Below are positions 1 to 12,627 of a stretch of DNA of 64,000 bases, in pieces (position 1 is the stretch's first letter; the number at the start of each line of letters is the position of its first letter). The translations under genes were made by a program, and so were the position numbers. Location of the stretch: the NCBI RefSeq assembly GCF_035084215.1, contig NC_090367.1, positions 186,001 to 250,000 of the forward strand, in the 5' to 3' direction. The notes beneath the pieces are model-generated. The model saw only the letters and a program-made list of their open reading frames with translations, was not told the origin of the DNA and ran no database searches. The DNA is from Heptranchias perlo (taxonomy: Eukaryota).

Positions 1-3000
1 TACACTGCCATGTTCTCCCTCTCTCTCCCCCAGTACACTGCCACGTTCTCCCTCTCTCTCCCCCCAGTACACTGCCACGTTCTCTCTCTCTCTCCCCCAG
101 TACACTGCCATGTTCCCTCTCTCTCTCCCCCAGTACACTGCCATGTTCTCCCTCTCTCTCCCCCCAGTACACTGCCATGTTCTCTCTCTCTCTCTCCCCC
201 AGTACACTGCCATGTTCCCTCTCTCTCTCCCCCCAGTACACTGCCATGTTCTCCCTCTCTCTCTCCCCAGTACACTGCCATGTTCTCTCCCTCTCTCTCC
301 CCCCAGTACACTGCCATGTTCCCTCTCTCTCTCTCCCCAGTACACTGCCATGTTCTCCCTCTCTCTCTCCCCCAGTACACTGCCATGTTCTCCCTCTCTC
401 TCCCCCAGTACACTGCCATGTTCTCTCTCTCTCTCTCCCCCAGTACACTGCCATGTTCCCTCTCTCTCTCCCCCCAGTACACTGCCATGTTCTCCTCTCT
501 CTCTCTCCCCCAGTACACTGCCATCGTTCTCCCTCTCTCTCTCCCCCAGTACACTGCCATGTTCTCCTCTCTCTCTCTCCCCCAGTACACTGCCATGTTC
601 TCCTCTCTCTCTCCCCCCAGTACACTGCCATGTTCTCCTCTCTCTCTCCCCCCAGTACACTGCCATGTTCTCCTCTCTCTCTCTCTCCCCCAGTACACTG
701 CCATGTTCTCCCTCTCTCTCCCTCCCAGTACACTGCCATGTTCTCTCTCTCTCTCTCTCCCCAGTACACTGCCATGTTCTCCCTCTCTCTCTCCCCCAGT
801 ACACTGCCATGTTCTCCTCTCTCTCTCTCCCCCAGTACACTGCCATGTTCTCCCTCTCTCTCTCCCCCAGTACACTGCCACTGTTCTCTCTCTCTCTCTC
901 CCCCAGTACACTGCCATGTTCTCCCTCTCTCTCCCCCAGTACACTGCCACGTTCCCTCTCTCTCTCCCCAGTACACTGCCATGTTCTCCTCTCTCTCTCC
1001 CCCCAGTACACTGCCATGTTCCCTCTCTCTCTCCCCCCAGTACACTGCCATGTTCTCCCTCTCTCTCTCCCCCAGTACACTGCCATGTTCCTCTCTCTCT
1101 CCCCCAGTACACTGCCATGTTCTCCCTCTCTCTCTCCCCCAGTACACTGCCATGTTCCTCTCTCTCTCTCCCCCAGTACACTGCCACGTTCTCCCTCTCT
1201 CTCCCCCCAGTACACTGCCATGTTCTCCCTCTCTCTCCCCCCAGTACACTGCCATGTTCCCTCTCTCTCTCTCCCCCAGTACACTGCCATGTTCTCCCTC
1301 TCTCTCTCCCCCAGTACACTGCCATGTTCTCTCCTCTCTCTCCCCCCAGTACACTGCCATGTTCCCCCTCTCTCTCTCCCCCAGTACACTGCCATGTTCT
1401 CCTCTCTCTCTCCCCCCAGTACACTGCCATGTTCTCCTCTCTCTCTCCCCCAGTACACTGCCATGTTCTCTCCTCTCTCTCCCCCAGTACACTGCCATGT
1501 TCTCTCCTCTCTCTCCCCCCAGTACACTGCCATGTTCTCCCTCTCTCTCCCCCCAGTACACTGCCATGTTCTCTCTCTCTCTCTCCCCCAGTACACTGCC
1601 ATGTTCTCCTCTCTCTCCCCCCAGTACACTGCCATGTTCTCCTCTCTCTCTCCCCCAGTACACTGCCATGTTCCCTCTCTCTCTCTCCCCCAGTACACTG
1701 CCATGTTCCCTCTCTCTCTCCCCCAGTACACTGCCATGTTCTCCCTCTCTCTCTCCCCCAGTACACTGCCATGTTCTCCCTCTCTCTCCCCCAGTACACT
1801 GCCATGTTTCTCTCTCTCTCTCCCCCAGTACACTGCCATGTTCTCCCTCTCTCTCCCCCCAGTACACTGCCATGTTCTCCTCTCTCTCTCCCCCAGTACA
1901 CTGCCATGTTCCCCTCTCTCTCTCTCCCCCAGTACACTGCCATCGTTCTCCTCTCTCTCTCTCCCCCAGTACACTGCCATGTTCTCCCTCTCTCTCCCCC
2001 CAGTACACTGCCATGTTCTCTCTCTCTCTCTCTCCCCCAGTACACTGCCATGTTCTCCCTCTCTCTCTCCCCCAGTACACTGCCACGTTCTCCCTCTCTC
2101 TCTCCCCCCAGTACACTGCCATGTTCCCTCTCTCTCTCTCCCCCCAGTACACTGCCATGTTCTCCTCTCTCTCTCCCCCCAGTACACTGCCATGTTCTCT
2201 CTCTCTCTCTCTCCCCCAGTACACTGCCATGTTCTCCCTCTCTCTCCCCCCAGTACACTGCCATGTTCTCTCTCTCTCTCTCTCTCCCCCCAGTACACTG
2301 CCATGTTCTCCTCTCTCTCTCTCCCCCAGTACACTGCCACGTTCTCCCTCTCTCTCCCCCCAGTACACTGCCATGTTCCCCCTCTCTCTCTCTCCCCCAG
2401 TACACTGCCACGTTCCCTCTCTCTCTCCCCCAGTACACTGCCATGTTCTCCCTCTCTCTCCCCCCAGTACACTGCCATGTTCTCTCTCTCTCTCTCTCTC
2501 CCCCAGTACGACTGCCATGTTCTCCCTCTCTCTCCCCCCAGTACACTGACATGTTCCCTCTCTCTCTCTCCCCCAGTACACTGCCACGTTCTCCCTCTCT
2601 CTCCCCCCAGTACACTGCCTTGTTCCCTCTCTCTCTCCCCCAGTACACTGCCATGTTCTCCCTCTCTCCCCCCCAGTGCACTGCCATGTTCCCTCTCTCT
2701 CTCTCTTCCCCCCCAGTACACTGCCATGTTCCCTCTCTCTCTCCCCCAGTACACTGCCACGTTCCCTCTCTCTCCCCCCCAGTGCACTGCCATGTTCCCT
2801 CTCTCTCTCTCTTCCCCCCCAGTACACTGCCATGTTCCCTCTCTCTCTCCCCCAGTACACTGCCACGTTCCCTCTCTCTCCCCCAGTACACTGCCATGTT
2901 CCCCCTCTCTCTCTCCCCCCCAGTGCACTGCCATGTTCCCTCTCTCTCTCTCTTCCCCCCCAGTACACTGCCATGTTCCCTCTCTCTCTCCCCCAGTACA

Positions 3001-3131
3001 CTGCCACGTTCCCTCTCTCTCTCCCCCAGTACACTGCCACGTTCCCTCTCTCTCTCTCCCCCAGTACACTGCCATGTTCTCCCTCTCTCCCCCCCCAGTG
3101 CACTGCCTTGTTCCCTCTCTCTCTCCCCCAG
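1..3131. repeat. Pyrimidine-rich minisatellite, unit CAGTACACTGCCATGTTC(TC)n(C)n, ~33-42 bp
   Basis: Unit repeated continuously from the window start; the stop-free ~800-1000 aa ORFs in all three + frames are low-complexity translations of it. Confidence 0.97.
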
Positions 3132-3357
3132 TGACACTAATACTGGATCACTTCCCTCGGCTCTCAATACATGGAGTGGAGCCGTTTGAATGGGAATGGG
3201 ACCAGTGACTCACATGTCGAGTGACCCAAACTCTCACATGGCAGTGACCAGGGGCTGGAATGTTGAGCCGAATAAGCTGATTGTCATTCTGTTCCTTGTC
3301 CAGGCCACGCTGGGGTCACTCCAGTCTGAAGCTTGACTTTGGCTCATGGTGTTACTA

Positions 3358-3557
3358 NNNNNNNNNNNNNNNNNNNNNNNNNNNNNNNNNNNNNNNNNNN
3401 NNNNNNNNNNNNNNNNNNNNNNNNNNNNNNNNNNNNNNNNNNNNNNNNNNNNNNNNNNNNNNNNNNNNNNNNNNNNNNNNNNNNNNNNNNNNNNNNNNNN
3501 NNNNNNNNNNNNNNNNNNNNNNNNNNNNNNNNNNNNNNNNNNNNNNNNNNNNNNNNN
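3358..3557. other. Assembly gap (200 N)
   Basis: Run of N. Confidence 1.
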
Positions 3558-4092
3558 TCCCCCCTCCTGAAGGCAGTGATTGTTTTACTGGGATACGGGT
3601 GCTAGTTGCCCTCTGGCACTGTGCCCAAGTGGCCATTCTTCATGTGGCCCTCTTGACTGGCTGTTCGACTGTGGAATCCATCACGGCCAGTCCCGGTGCC
3701 CACTCGTACACTCCTAATGCAGGTCCCTATATAATAGAGCTGCAGCAATCATGGTTGTCACTGAGCTAGACTTATATCACGACCCCTTCTGCCTCATGCT
3801 GGAAATACACAGCAGGTGAGTCTGCATCTGTTAAAAAGTAGAGACAGGGTTAGCATTTCAGGCGTGTAACCCTCCCTCAACACCTGGCGCAGGAGGAGGG
3901 GGGGCTGATCACCATCTGCTGGAAAACACGGCTGTGGACCGTGGGCGGGGATAGGGCTGGGCTCACCTGTGATGCCTACAAGGTCAAATAGCTTGCCGAC
4001 ACAGTGTTGTGGGTTTGTGGGGGAGGGGACAGGCAGAGTGAATCTAGTAGTTTTGAGAGATTTAATGTTTCTTTCTCCCTTTCTCCCTTAAG

Positions 4093-4146
4093 CTGGATGA
4101 TCCATTAGCATCTTTTCCTGCCTTCAAAAAATACGACAGAAATGGG
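4093..4146 (+). CDS. NAA40: NAA40 (histone H4/H2A N-alpha-acetyltransferase, NatD) internal exon, probably exon 3: LDDPLASFPAFKKYDRNG
   Basis: Polypyrimidine tract + AG at 4091-4092, donor GTAAGC at 4147; matches vertebrate NAA40 LGDPLEAFPVFKKYDRNG. One G too many to be in phase with the next exon. Confidence 0.9.
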
Positions 4147-4429
4147 GTAAGCGTTTGTGTCCCTTCCTGTACTTCTCTCATCGTGGGCTGTCACCCCGTG
4201 CTTTATGCCCCCTCTTGCCCTGCCTGTGTTACTACCTGTCAGTACCTCGGTTGTCCGGGCTCTTGCATCAATTGCACTGCGATGCAGCCTCGAGCCTCCC
4301 TGATGCTGGTGCACTCTGGTCCCTGTTTTTATACAGTGCGAGTCCTGATTCACCAACGGTTTGGAACCCACTGATGGAATTTGCTGATTTTACTCCTCTA
4401 AAATGTTAATACAAAATCCTGAATATTTT

Positions 4430-5456
4430 AAAGGGAGATATGTGTACAGTGACAGGTGTCTCTCAGTCCCTCTCTCTCAGGGAGATATCTGTACACTGAC
4501 TGGTGTCTCTCAGCCCCCTCTCTCTCAGGGAGATATCTGTACATTGACTGGTGTCTCTCAGTCCCCTTTCTCTCAGGGAGATCCCTGTACACTGACTGGT
4601 GTCTCTCAGCCCCCTCTCTCTCAGGGAGATATCTGTATGCTGACTGGTGTGTCTCAGTCCCCTTTCTCTCAGGGAGATCCCTGTACACTGACTGGTGTCT
4701 CTCAGTCCCCTCTCTCAGGGAGATCCCTGTACACTGACTGGTGTCTCTCAGTCCCCTCTCTCAGGGAGATATCTGTACACTGACTGGTGTCTCTCAGTCC
4801 CCTCTCTCAGGGAGATCCCTGTACACTGACTGGTGTCTCTCAGTCCCCTCTCTCAGGGAGTATCTGCACACTGACTGTATCTCTCAGTCCCCTTTCTCTC
4901 AGGGAGATCCCTGTACACTGACTGGTGTCTCTCAGTCCCCTCTCTCAGGGAGATATCTGTACGCTGAGTGGTGTCTCTCAGTCCCTCTCTCTCAGGGAGA
5001 TATCTGTACACTGACTGGTGTCTCTCAGTCCCCTCTCTCTCAGGGTGATATCTGTACACTGACTGGTGTCTCTCAGTCCCCTCTCTCTCAGGGAGATATC
5101 TGTACACTGACTGGTGTCTCTCAGTCCCCTCTCTCTCAGGGAGATATCTGTACACTGACTGGTGTCTCTCAGTCCCTCTCTCTCTCAGGGAGATATCTGT
5201 ACGCTGACTGGTGTCTCTCAGTCCCTCTCTCTCAGGGAGATATCTGTACACTGACTGGTGTCTCTCAGTCCCCTCTCTCAGGGAGATCCCTGTACACTGA
5301 CTGGTGTCTCTCAGTCCCCTCTCTCAGGGAGATATCTGTACGCTGAGTGGTGCCTCTCAGGGAGTATCTGCACACTGACTGTATCTCTCAGTCCCCTTTC
5401 TCTCAGGGAGATCCCTGTACACTGACCAGTGTGTCTCAGTCCCTCTCTCTCAGGGA
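4430..5456. repeat. ~43-47 bp minisatellite (CAGGGAGATATCTGTACACTGACTGGTGTCTCTCAGTCCCCTCTCT) in an NAA40 intron
   Basis: More than 20 tandem units. Confidence 0.95.
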
Positions 5457-5839
5457 GTTGCCCCTACACTGATAGCTGGGGTGGCAGTAGGGCCTCTACA
5501 GATATCCTCAGCCTTGCTGGGCTGGTGAAGGGTAATTTAGCCGGGGGCTCCTGCTCTTTACTACTATACCGTGATCCCTGCTACACAGCACACGTGTGAA
5601 TGGTGAGGACTGGATCAGTGCTCTGAACTGATGTGTGAATTGTAGTCCCCAGGGTGAGGCACTGGAGGGTACTTGACGTCTGTGGATCCAAATCCCAACG
5701 GTGGTTCCAGGAGAGGAGAAAACTCGAGAGCTGGGGGGGGGGGAGATTAGGGGAAAGAGGGGAAACAAGAACTATCTTGTACCCTTTTTTTTGGGAGGCG
5801 GCTGTGATCTGTGACTGTCCCTGTCTCCCTCCCACCCAG

Positions 5840-5935
5840 AATGAACATGCTGATCGAGTGCAAGCGGGTGGCAGACCTGGACCCCAGCACTGTGGACTGG
5901 GCAGTGGAACTGACCAAAACCAACATGCAGACCAT
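5840..5935 (+). CDS. NAA40: NAA40 exon: [32 protein letters not shown]
   Basis: CAG acceptor, GTGAGT donor, 96 nt; matches [32 protein letters not shown]. Confidence 0.95.
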
Positions 5936-6221
5936 GTGAGTGAGCCGCAGGAGATTGATTGCATGCTCCCTCCTACTGGATGAGGGAATAGAGAGAGGAG
6001 ATATCACAGGAACTGTAGGTGATTCTTCCCATCACACCCCTTAGTTATTAAGCACTAAACGCAGGGTTACATTGGGACAGAGATGGGAGCCTGGTGTTTG
6101 GGTTCAGTAAGTGGTGATTATGGGGGGTGGTGTGTGTTTAAAAATCCTGTTGATCTGAGATCCAGGCCCCCCCCCCCCTTGCATTGCCTGTTCTTGGACC
6201 AAGGTCTGGAATCTGCAGTGT

Positions 6222-6495
6222 GAAAGTTGAGGGATAAATATTGGCCCCAGGACACCGGGGAGAACTCCCCCTGCTCTTCTTCCAATAGTGGCCGTGGGAT
6301 CTTTTACATCCACCTGAGAGGGGCAGACGGGGGCCTCGGTTTAACGTCTTAACCGAAAGACGGCACCTCCGACAGTGCGGCGCTCCTCAGTACTGGCCCT
6401 GGGGAATGTCGGTCTGGATTATGGGCTCAAATCCTCTGGAGTGGGGGCTCAAACCCACGGCCTTCTGACTCCGAGCGAGTCACGGCTGACACATA
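6222..6495 (-). mobile_element. Deu-domain SINE (SacSINE1/AmnSINE1-like), 5' part
   Basis: Reverse complement of the body of the full copy at 61759-62360. Confidence 0.8.
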
Positions 6496-6743
6496 GCGAC
6501 TGACCTGTCAGAAGAAACAGAGCAGTTGTATTCCTCCGGCCTGGTCCCACCCCTGCTTCCGACTGATGCTCGTGAGGAGAGACGAAGGCGGAGATGGGGA
6601 GTGGTCGTTTGAGGCAACAGGACGGGACCTTGGGTGTGGGCGGGCAGGGTGGGGTGGGGAGAGGGGGTTTGTTGCCCGCTGCTGAGATGCTCGAAGCTTG
6701 GCGGATTGCTGCCCCTCTCTCTCTCTTTCTCTCTCTCCCCCAG

Positions 6744-6906
6744 GTACGAAGCAGAGCGAGTGGGGCTGGAAGGACCGGGAGAAGAAGGAGGAGATGATGG
6801 ACGAGCGAGCCTGGTACCTGGTGGCACGGGAAGGAGGCAGCACAGAGCCCGCAGCTTTCTCACATTTCCGATTCGACGTGGAATGCGGGGAGGAAGTACT
6901 GTACTG
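6744..6906 (+). CDS. NAA40: NAA40 exon: [54 protein letters not shown]
   Basis: Strong acceptor and near-identity to vertebrate NAA40; one extra A near 6749-6750 (TACGAAGCAG) shifts the frame; donor GTATTC. Confidence 0.93.
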
Positions 6907-7412
6907 GTATTCTTGCGCTACTTAACGATTCCGATCACGACCCTTCCCAACGCGGAGGGAGAGCGGCTCCCACGGTGCGAGGCCGCTGGCTGAGCTCCAC
7001 CAAATGCACAAACTCCTGACTTAAAACCGCTGGTGGTGGGAAGCGAGCGAGGCCCTGGTGCCCCACGGGGTCTGGGGACCGAGGAAGTGATGCGACCGAC
7101 TGTGATTTAAGGTGACTCGGCTTTTCGTCACAGCGAGTGTTGCGTCATCCGTTTTCCCCCTGTCCTGGGCGCCACCCTCCGTTAACTCCCCCGAGTGGGA
7201 CATACTGCATGTGCACACCTTGATGGCGAGTCCCGACTGATTGCTCGATGTGGGGGGTGAGATGATTGCCTCAACCTGCCCCCAGCCCAGTGCCCCCCAC
7301 ACACGTTCTGCAACAGTGATTTGAGGCAGAATCCCAGTCCGTTCCCTTCCCCCTCCTCTTACATAACTCGGGGCATTTGAAGCCAATTTTACTGTCCCGA
7401 CTGCCAATCTAC

Positions 7413-8317
7413 TGGATACAGAGTAAAGCTCCCTCTACACTGTCCCATCAAACACTCCCAGGGCAGGTACAGCATGGGTTAGATACAGAGTAAAGCTCCC
7501 TCTACACTGTCCCATCAAACGCTCACAGGGCAGGTACAGCATGGGTTAGATACAGAGTAAAGCTCCCTCTACACTGTCCCATCAAACACTCCCAGGGCAG
7601 GTACAGCATGGGTTAGATACAGAGTAAAGCTCCCTCTACACTGTCCCATCAAACACTCCCAGGGCAGGTACAAGGTTAGATACAGAGTAAAGCTCCCTCT
7701 ACACTGTCCCATCAAACACTCCCAGGGCAGGTACAGCACGGGTTAGATACAGAGTAAAGCTCCCTCTACACTGTCCCATCAAACGCTCACAGGGCAGGTA
7801 CAGCATGGGTTAGATACAGAGTAAAGCTCCCTCTACACTGTCCCATCAAACACTCTCAGGGCAGGTACAGACCGGGTTAGATACAGAGTAAAGCTCCCTC
7901 TACACTGTCCCATCAAACACTCCCAGGGCAGATACAGGGTTAGATACAGAGTAAAGCTCCCTCCACACTGTCCCATCAAACACTCCCAGGGCAGGTACAG
8001 CACGGGTTAGATACAGAGTAAAGCTCCCTCTACACTGTCCCATCAAACGCTCACAGGGCAGGTACAGCATGGGTTAGATACAGAGTAAAGCTCCCTCTAC
8101 ACTGTCCCATCAAACACTCCCAGGGCAGATACAGGGTTAGATACAGAGTAAAGCTCCCTCTACACTGTCCCATCAAACACTCACAGGGCAGGTACAGCAC
8201 GGGTTAGATACAGAGTAAAGCTCCCTCTACACTGTCCCATCAACCATTCCCAGGGCAGGTACAGGGGGGTTAGATACAGAGTAAAGCTCCCTCTATCTAC
8301 GCTGTCCCATCAAACAA
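7413..8317 (+). repeat. 48-53 bp minisatellite (TAGATACAGAGTAAAGCTCCCTCTACACTGTCCCATCAAACACTCCCAGGGCAGGTACAGCACGGG)
   Basis: Tandem units; the same unit occurs in the opposite orientation at 21322-22525. Confidence 0.95.
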
Positions 8318-8596
8318 TTCTGTGAGAGCAGCTGGTGGTTTAGTACCAGACTTTGCTCTGGGCCCAACTGGAGCTGGGTTGAATCTGCCTGAGCATACTC
8401 TGCGAAGGTCCTTTCAGGAGAACCATCTCACGATCACATAATTCCCCCAATGGACTGCGTGACTGGGGGAAGGTGAGATTGGTGGGGGGAGAGAGAGAAA
8501 CGAGTGGAAATGAGATGAAGATGCTTTGTAACGGTGTGATGTCTCTGCGTTGTTACCATTGGCGATGAACTGACAAAAGTGTGTCTTCTGTTGCAG

Positions 8597-8680
8597 TTAC
8601 GAGGTTCAGCTGGAGAATCGGGTGAGGAGGAAAGGGCTGGGCAAATTCCTAATGCAGATTCTACAGCTTTTAGCAAACAG
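8597..8680 (+). CDS. NAA40: NAA40 exon: [28 protein letters not shown] (GNAT acetyl-CoA-binding motif RRKGLG)
   Basis: TTGCAG acceptor, GTAAAG donor, phase-compatible with both neighbours. Confidence 0.97.
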
Positions 8681-9112
8681 GTAAAGGCTTTGTGGACATG
8701 ATAAAGACAGTACGCATGTCCCCATATCTCTCACTCCATCCTGAATGCACTGATCGCAGTTGAGTGCGGTACTTGAAAGGCCATTCATGTGTGAACCCAG
8801 ACAGCGCTATTCTACAGTGGAGGTCACAAACCTTTGTTTAATACCATTCCCCCTTCCTCTCTCTGCCAGTGTTTCTGCCAAGCCAACAGCCTGACCGCAT
8901 CACACCCCCCGACAGGTTTTCCCCCTTGAGTGGAGTGGAGGGGTGCGGTGGGTAAGATGGGGGAAGCGGCCTGGCAGGAACCCCTAGGGCTATCCCAATG
9001 TTACCATGTTTGCGGAGTGTGGGAACTGCCTAGAGACTTGTGGGGGGGGGGGGGGCAGGCCAGAGTGGGGGGACTGGATGAGACTGATGCTCGCTCTCTG
9101 CTCTCTCCGCAG

Positions 9113-9190
9113 CGCACAGATGAAGAAAGTGATGTTGACTGTATTTAAGCACAACCGCGGGGCTTACCAGTTCTTCAGAGAGGCCATGCA
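9113..9190 (+). CDS. NAA40: NAA40 exon: [26 protein letters not shown]
   Basis: CAG acceptor, GTAAGT donor, matches [26 protein letters not shown]. Confidence 0.97.
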
Positions 9191-9544
9191 GTAAGTTGGG
9201 TCTCGGCGCTGGGATATTGAGGGATGTATGGAAAATCGGGGGATTAGTGAAGACCCCTCAGTGAGAACACTTGAGTGTGCACTTGCACACATGTACACAC
9301 TCGCTCGCACGCACTCTCTCCTGCAGGGATTACTGGGTGGCTGTGACTCTGAAGCCACTTGTACCTCTCTCCAGCTGCCGCACGATCCAAGCTCAAACTC
9401 AGAAGTTATTATCATAGAATCATACAACGCAGAAGGAGGCCATTCGGCCCATCGTGCCTGTGCCGGCTCTTTGAAAGAGCTATCCAATTAATCCCACTCC
9501 CCCTGCTCTTTCCCTGTAGCCCTGCAGATTTTTCTTTTTTAAGG

Positions 9545-9822
9545 AGGCCCCGCATGCCTTCTCAGGTGGACGTAAAAGATCCTGTGGTACTAGTGGAAGA
9601 GCTGGGGAGCTCTCCCTGGTCTCCTGGCCAACATTTATCCTTCAACCAAAACACCTAAAATCTGGTCAATATCTCAGTGCTGTTTGTGGGATCTTGCTGT
9701 GGGCCAAAATTGTCTGCCGTGTTTCCTACATTACAACAGTGACCACACTTCAGAAAGTACCTCATTGGCTGTAAAGTGCTTTGGAACGTCCTGAGCTGGT
9801 GAAAGGAGCTGTAGAAATGGGA
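9545..9822 (+). mobile_element. Deu-domain SINE, 3' part, preceded by a minus-strand CR1 tail (~9410-9530)
   Basis: TCAGGTGGACGTAAAAGATCC...TTCCTACATTACAACAGTGAC...CATTGGCTGTAAAG shared with the other copies. Confidence 0.8.
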
Positions 9823-10192
9823 GTCTTATTCTTTTTTCTTACTTGGTCTGGCCAACATCGACTCCAGTCCCGTGCTACGCGGTTGATTCTTAATATCCTC
9901 AGTTGGAGGGCACTAAATGTGGCCTTGCCAGTATCGCCCACATCCTGCGAGATCAATATTAAACATTAGGCGGTACTGTGTCACGGATGGGTTGGGCTTG
10001 GCGGGCCTGTGGTTTGTTATATCTTACGTTTGTTGCAATTTGTGTGGGGGGGGGGGAACGAATTAGCCAGGGCTCCTGATTATCTGCTAATGTGCAGGTA
10101 GGATTGAGACCATCAACAGGAGCTTTGTAGGGCTACAGGCCCAGGGGATCACTGAGGTCCCCCGTTAGTTGTGGTGAGCCTATCACTGTGCA

Positions 10193-10489
10193 CTCCTGTC
10201 ACCCGCGAGCTGCTCCGATTGACCCTCCTCTCCCCCGCGAGCTGCTCCGATTGACCCTCCTCTCCCCCGCGAGCTGCTCCGATTGACCCTCCTCTCCCCC
10301 GCGAGCTGCTCCGATTGACCCTCCTGTCACCCGCGAGCTGCTCCGATTGACCCTCCTGTCACCCGCGAGCTGCTCCGATTGACCCTCCTGTCACCCGCGA
10401 GCTGCTCCGATTGACCCTCCTCTCACCCGCGAGCTGCTCCGATTGACCCTCCTCTCCCCCGCGAGCTGCTCCGATTGACCCTCCTCTCC
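10193..10489. repeat. 31-bp GC-rich minisatellite (CCCGCGAGCTGCTCCGATTGACCCTCCTSTC) abutting the acceptor of the last NAA40 exon
   Basis: About 9 tandem units. Confidence 0.95.
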
Positions 10490-10503
10490 TTTTCACTCTG
10501 CAG

Positions 10504-10645
10504 GTTCGATATTGACGATTCTTCCCCCAGTGTGTCGGGCTGCTGCGGTGACGACTGCTCCTACGAGATACTGAGCCGAAGAACCAAATACGGGGAGCAC
10601 CCACACCCACACGGCAGCCCGCACTGCGGGGGCTGCTGTCACTGA
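10504..10645 (+). CDS. NAA40: NAA40 last coding exon: [46 protein letters not shown]
   Basis: CAG acceptor; characteristic His/Cys C-terminus HCGGCCH; TGA at 10643-10645. Confidence 0.97.
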
Positions 10646-11087
10646 GGGACCAACCCCCACCATTACCCTCCGACCTTCCCCTCCCAAAAGACACTTATCA
10701 CACTATGGGACAGCGGAAACTATGCGAGTGTGTGTGTGTTCACCACACCAGCTGTTACAGCACACGCAACGTTCCAGAAAGCTTTTTTTAAAAAATCTTT
10801 TTGTTTTTTTAATACACACATATCTATATATACTGTGAATAACACCCAGACTCTCACTGCCAGGCTGTACAAACTCTACTCCTGGTCGTTTGGAGTTGAA
10901 TCTCATTGCTATTTACTGGTCTGATGGCAACGTAATCCTTTTGAATACTGAAAGGCCTCCTGCAGCCTCTTTTTTTAAAAGAAAAATACAACTTGCTTTT
11001 ATACCTAAAAAGAAAAATGATTTCTGTGACTCCAAGTGGAATGTCCAGCAGAAAAATAACTGGAGCTTTTCTTAAATTCAGTTTTTG

Positions 11088-11093
11088 AATAAA
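11088..11093 (+). terminator. Candidate polyadenylation signal of NAA40
   Basis: AATAAA ~440 nt after the stop, in AT-rich UTR-like sequence. Confidence 0.55.
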
Positions 11094-12627
11094 TTACATT
11101 TCAAAGGGTTTGAGCACATACTGTATATTATCTGTAATATATATAAAAGAAACTTGTCTCTGTGCTCCCTTTCATTATAAATTCCTGTGTCCCCGTTTAT
11201 AATGGAAACTGCCTATGTAAACTTGTCACGCTGTAATTACGCCCTCCCGTCAGTGGAGGTGCTGCAATACCACCATTGCTAGGCAGTTCCCATTATAAAT
11301 ATGGATGTAGGAATTTATAATGGCAATATAACAATGTATGGCCTTAAAACGGGGGCTGAATTACAGCTGGTCGTCACCCTCTAATCCTGCTTCACCTGAA
11401 GACTGAAGGTGCCCCCAAGAGCCCTGGCCTGTGGCAGGAATAGAAGTGACCGTACCCTCCCTGTTTTATGCCCAGGCTCCTGGCTGCCAGCACCAAACTA
11501 CAGGGCGTGATTAAATTACCGGGGATTCTAGGCTGGGTGTGTGGCCCTGGAATATTTTTGAGCCCTGTCATTCTAATGCCTACGTCCCAGAATTGTACAG
11601 TTGGCAGGTGCACATGTACATGAACCCAGATGTCTTATTAAAATCTTGTTGGGTTTTGTGTCTTTGTCGAAGAGTGCCGGGGGGCTGAGCTCTAGACGCC
11701 ATGTGAATCAGTCTCCGTGCACACTTCCCTGATTGTCGACTCTACGTTTAGGGATCCTGTTTAACTCCGCTTTTGCACACTACTGCTTCCTCCAGGACTA
11801 ACCCCGAGGGACGTATCCAAAAAAATCTGAATTCATTCGGACCATCTGGCTGTGGGTCTTGTGTTTTTTTTTATTGTCGAATAAAATTTTTTACTCTATT
11901 TTTCTTTTTTCCGTTCCCTACCGTTTCTCACCCTCACTTTCCACTCTGCTCTGACGTCAGACGAGCGTAAGCAGGTGATTTTCGAGAGTCTGGAACAATT
12001 GACTTGCACCAGCGCTCTTGACTCGTGTGAACTGTGAAGAATATACTTTCCCCCCCAATACACGGGCTAAACGTACAGCAGTAGGTGCAGCACTGATCTG
12101 TCAGGAGATCGGCAAGGCACCGGGTCCAGTCCTTGCTCTGGGCTAATCGAGCTGGGATATTAGGAACAGAAGGAGGCCATTCAGCCCCTCGAGCCTGTTC
12201 CACCATTCAATTAGATTATGGCTGATCAGTACCTCAACTCCATTTACCACCATTGCTCCATATTCCTCGATCTCCTTACCTAATAGAGGGCACCGAGAGG
12301 AGGATTCAAACTTCTGATCAGTGACCATTAAACCCTGTTTGGACAATCATAAGGGCAAGATTGAGCTCAGCTGTGATGCCCTTCAGAGTCAAGTAGCACA
12401 TACTGTTTAAGCTCACGTGAAGAATGGCTGCATAGAGTCAGCACCTTGAGGAGGGTGGAAAGGATGAGAAATTCAGATTGGGGTAGATGGAACAAGTCGA
12501 TGGTTCAGATACAATTTTATCTCAAGACAGCAAATATAGAGCAGGAAAGCAAAAAGAATCTTAGATTCTTCAGTAACTATATAATAAATTTTCACAAAAG
12601 CAGTTTGGCATTTGGTTGTGCAAGTTT

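Noticed and set aside
10-3208. ORFs of 790-1059 aa
   Set aside because: Open in all three frames only because the repeat unit has no stop codon; unit length is not a constant multiple of 3; probably NAA40 intron
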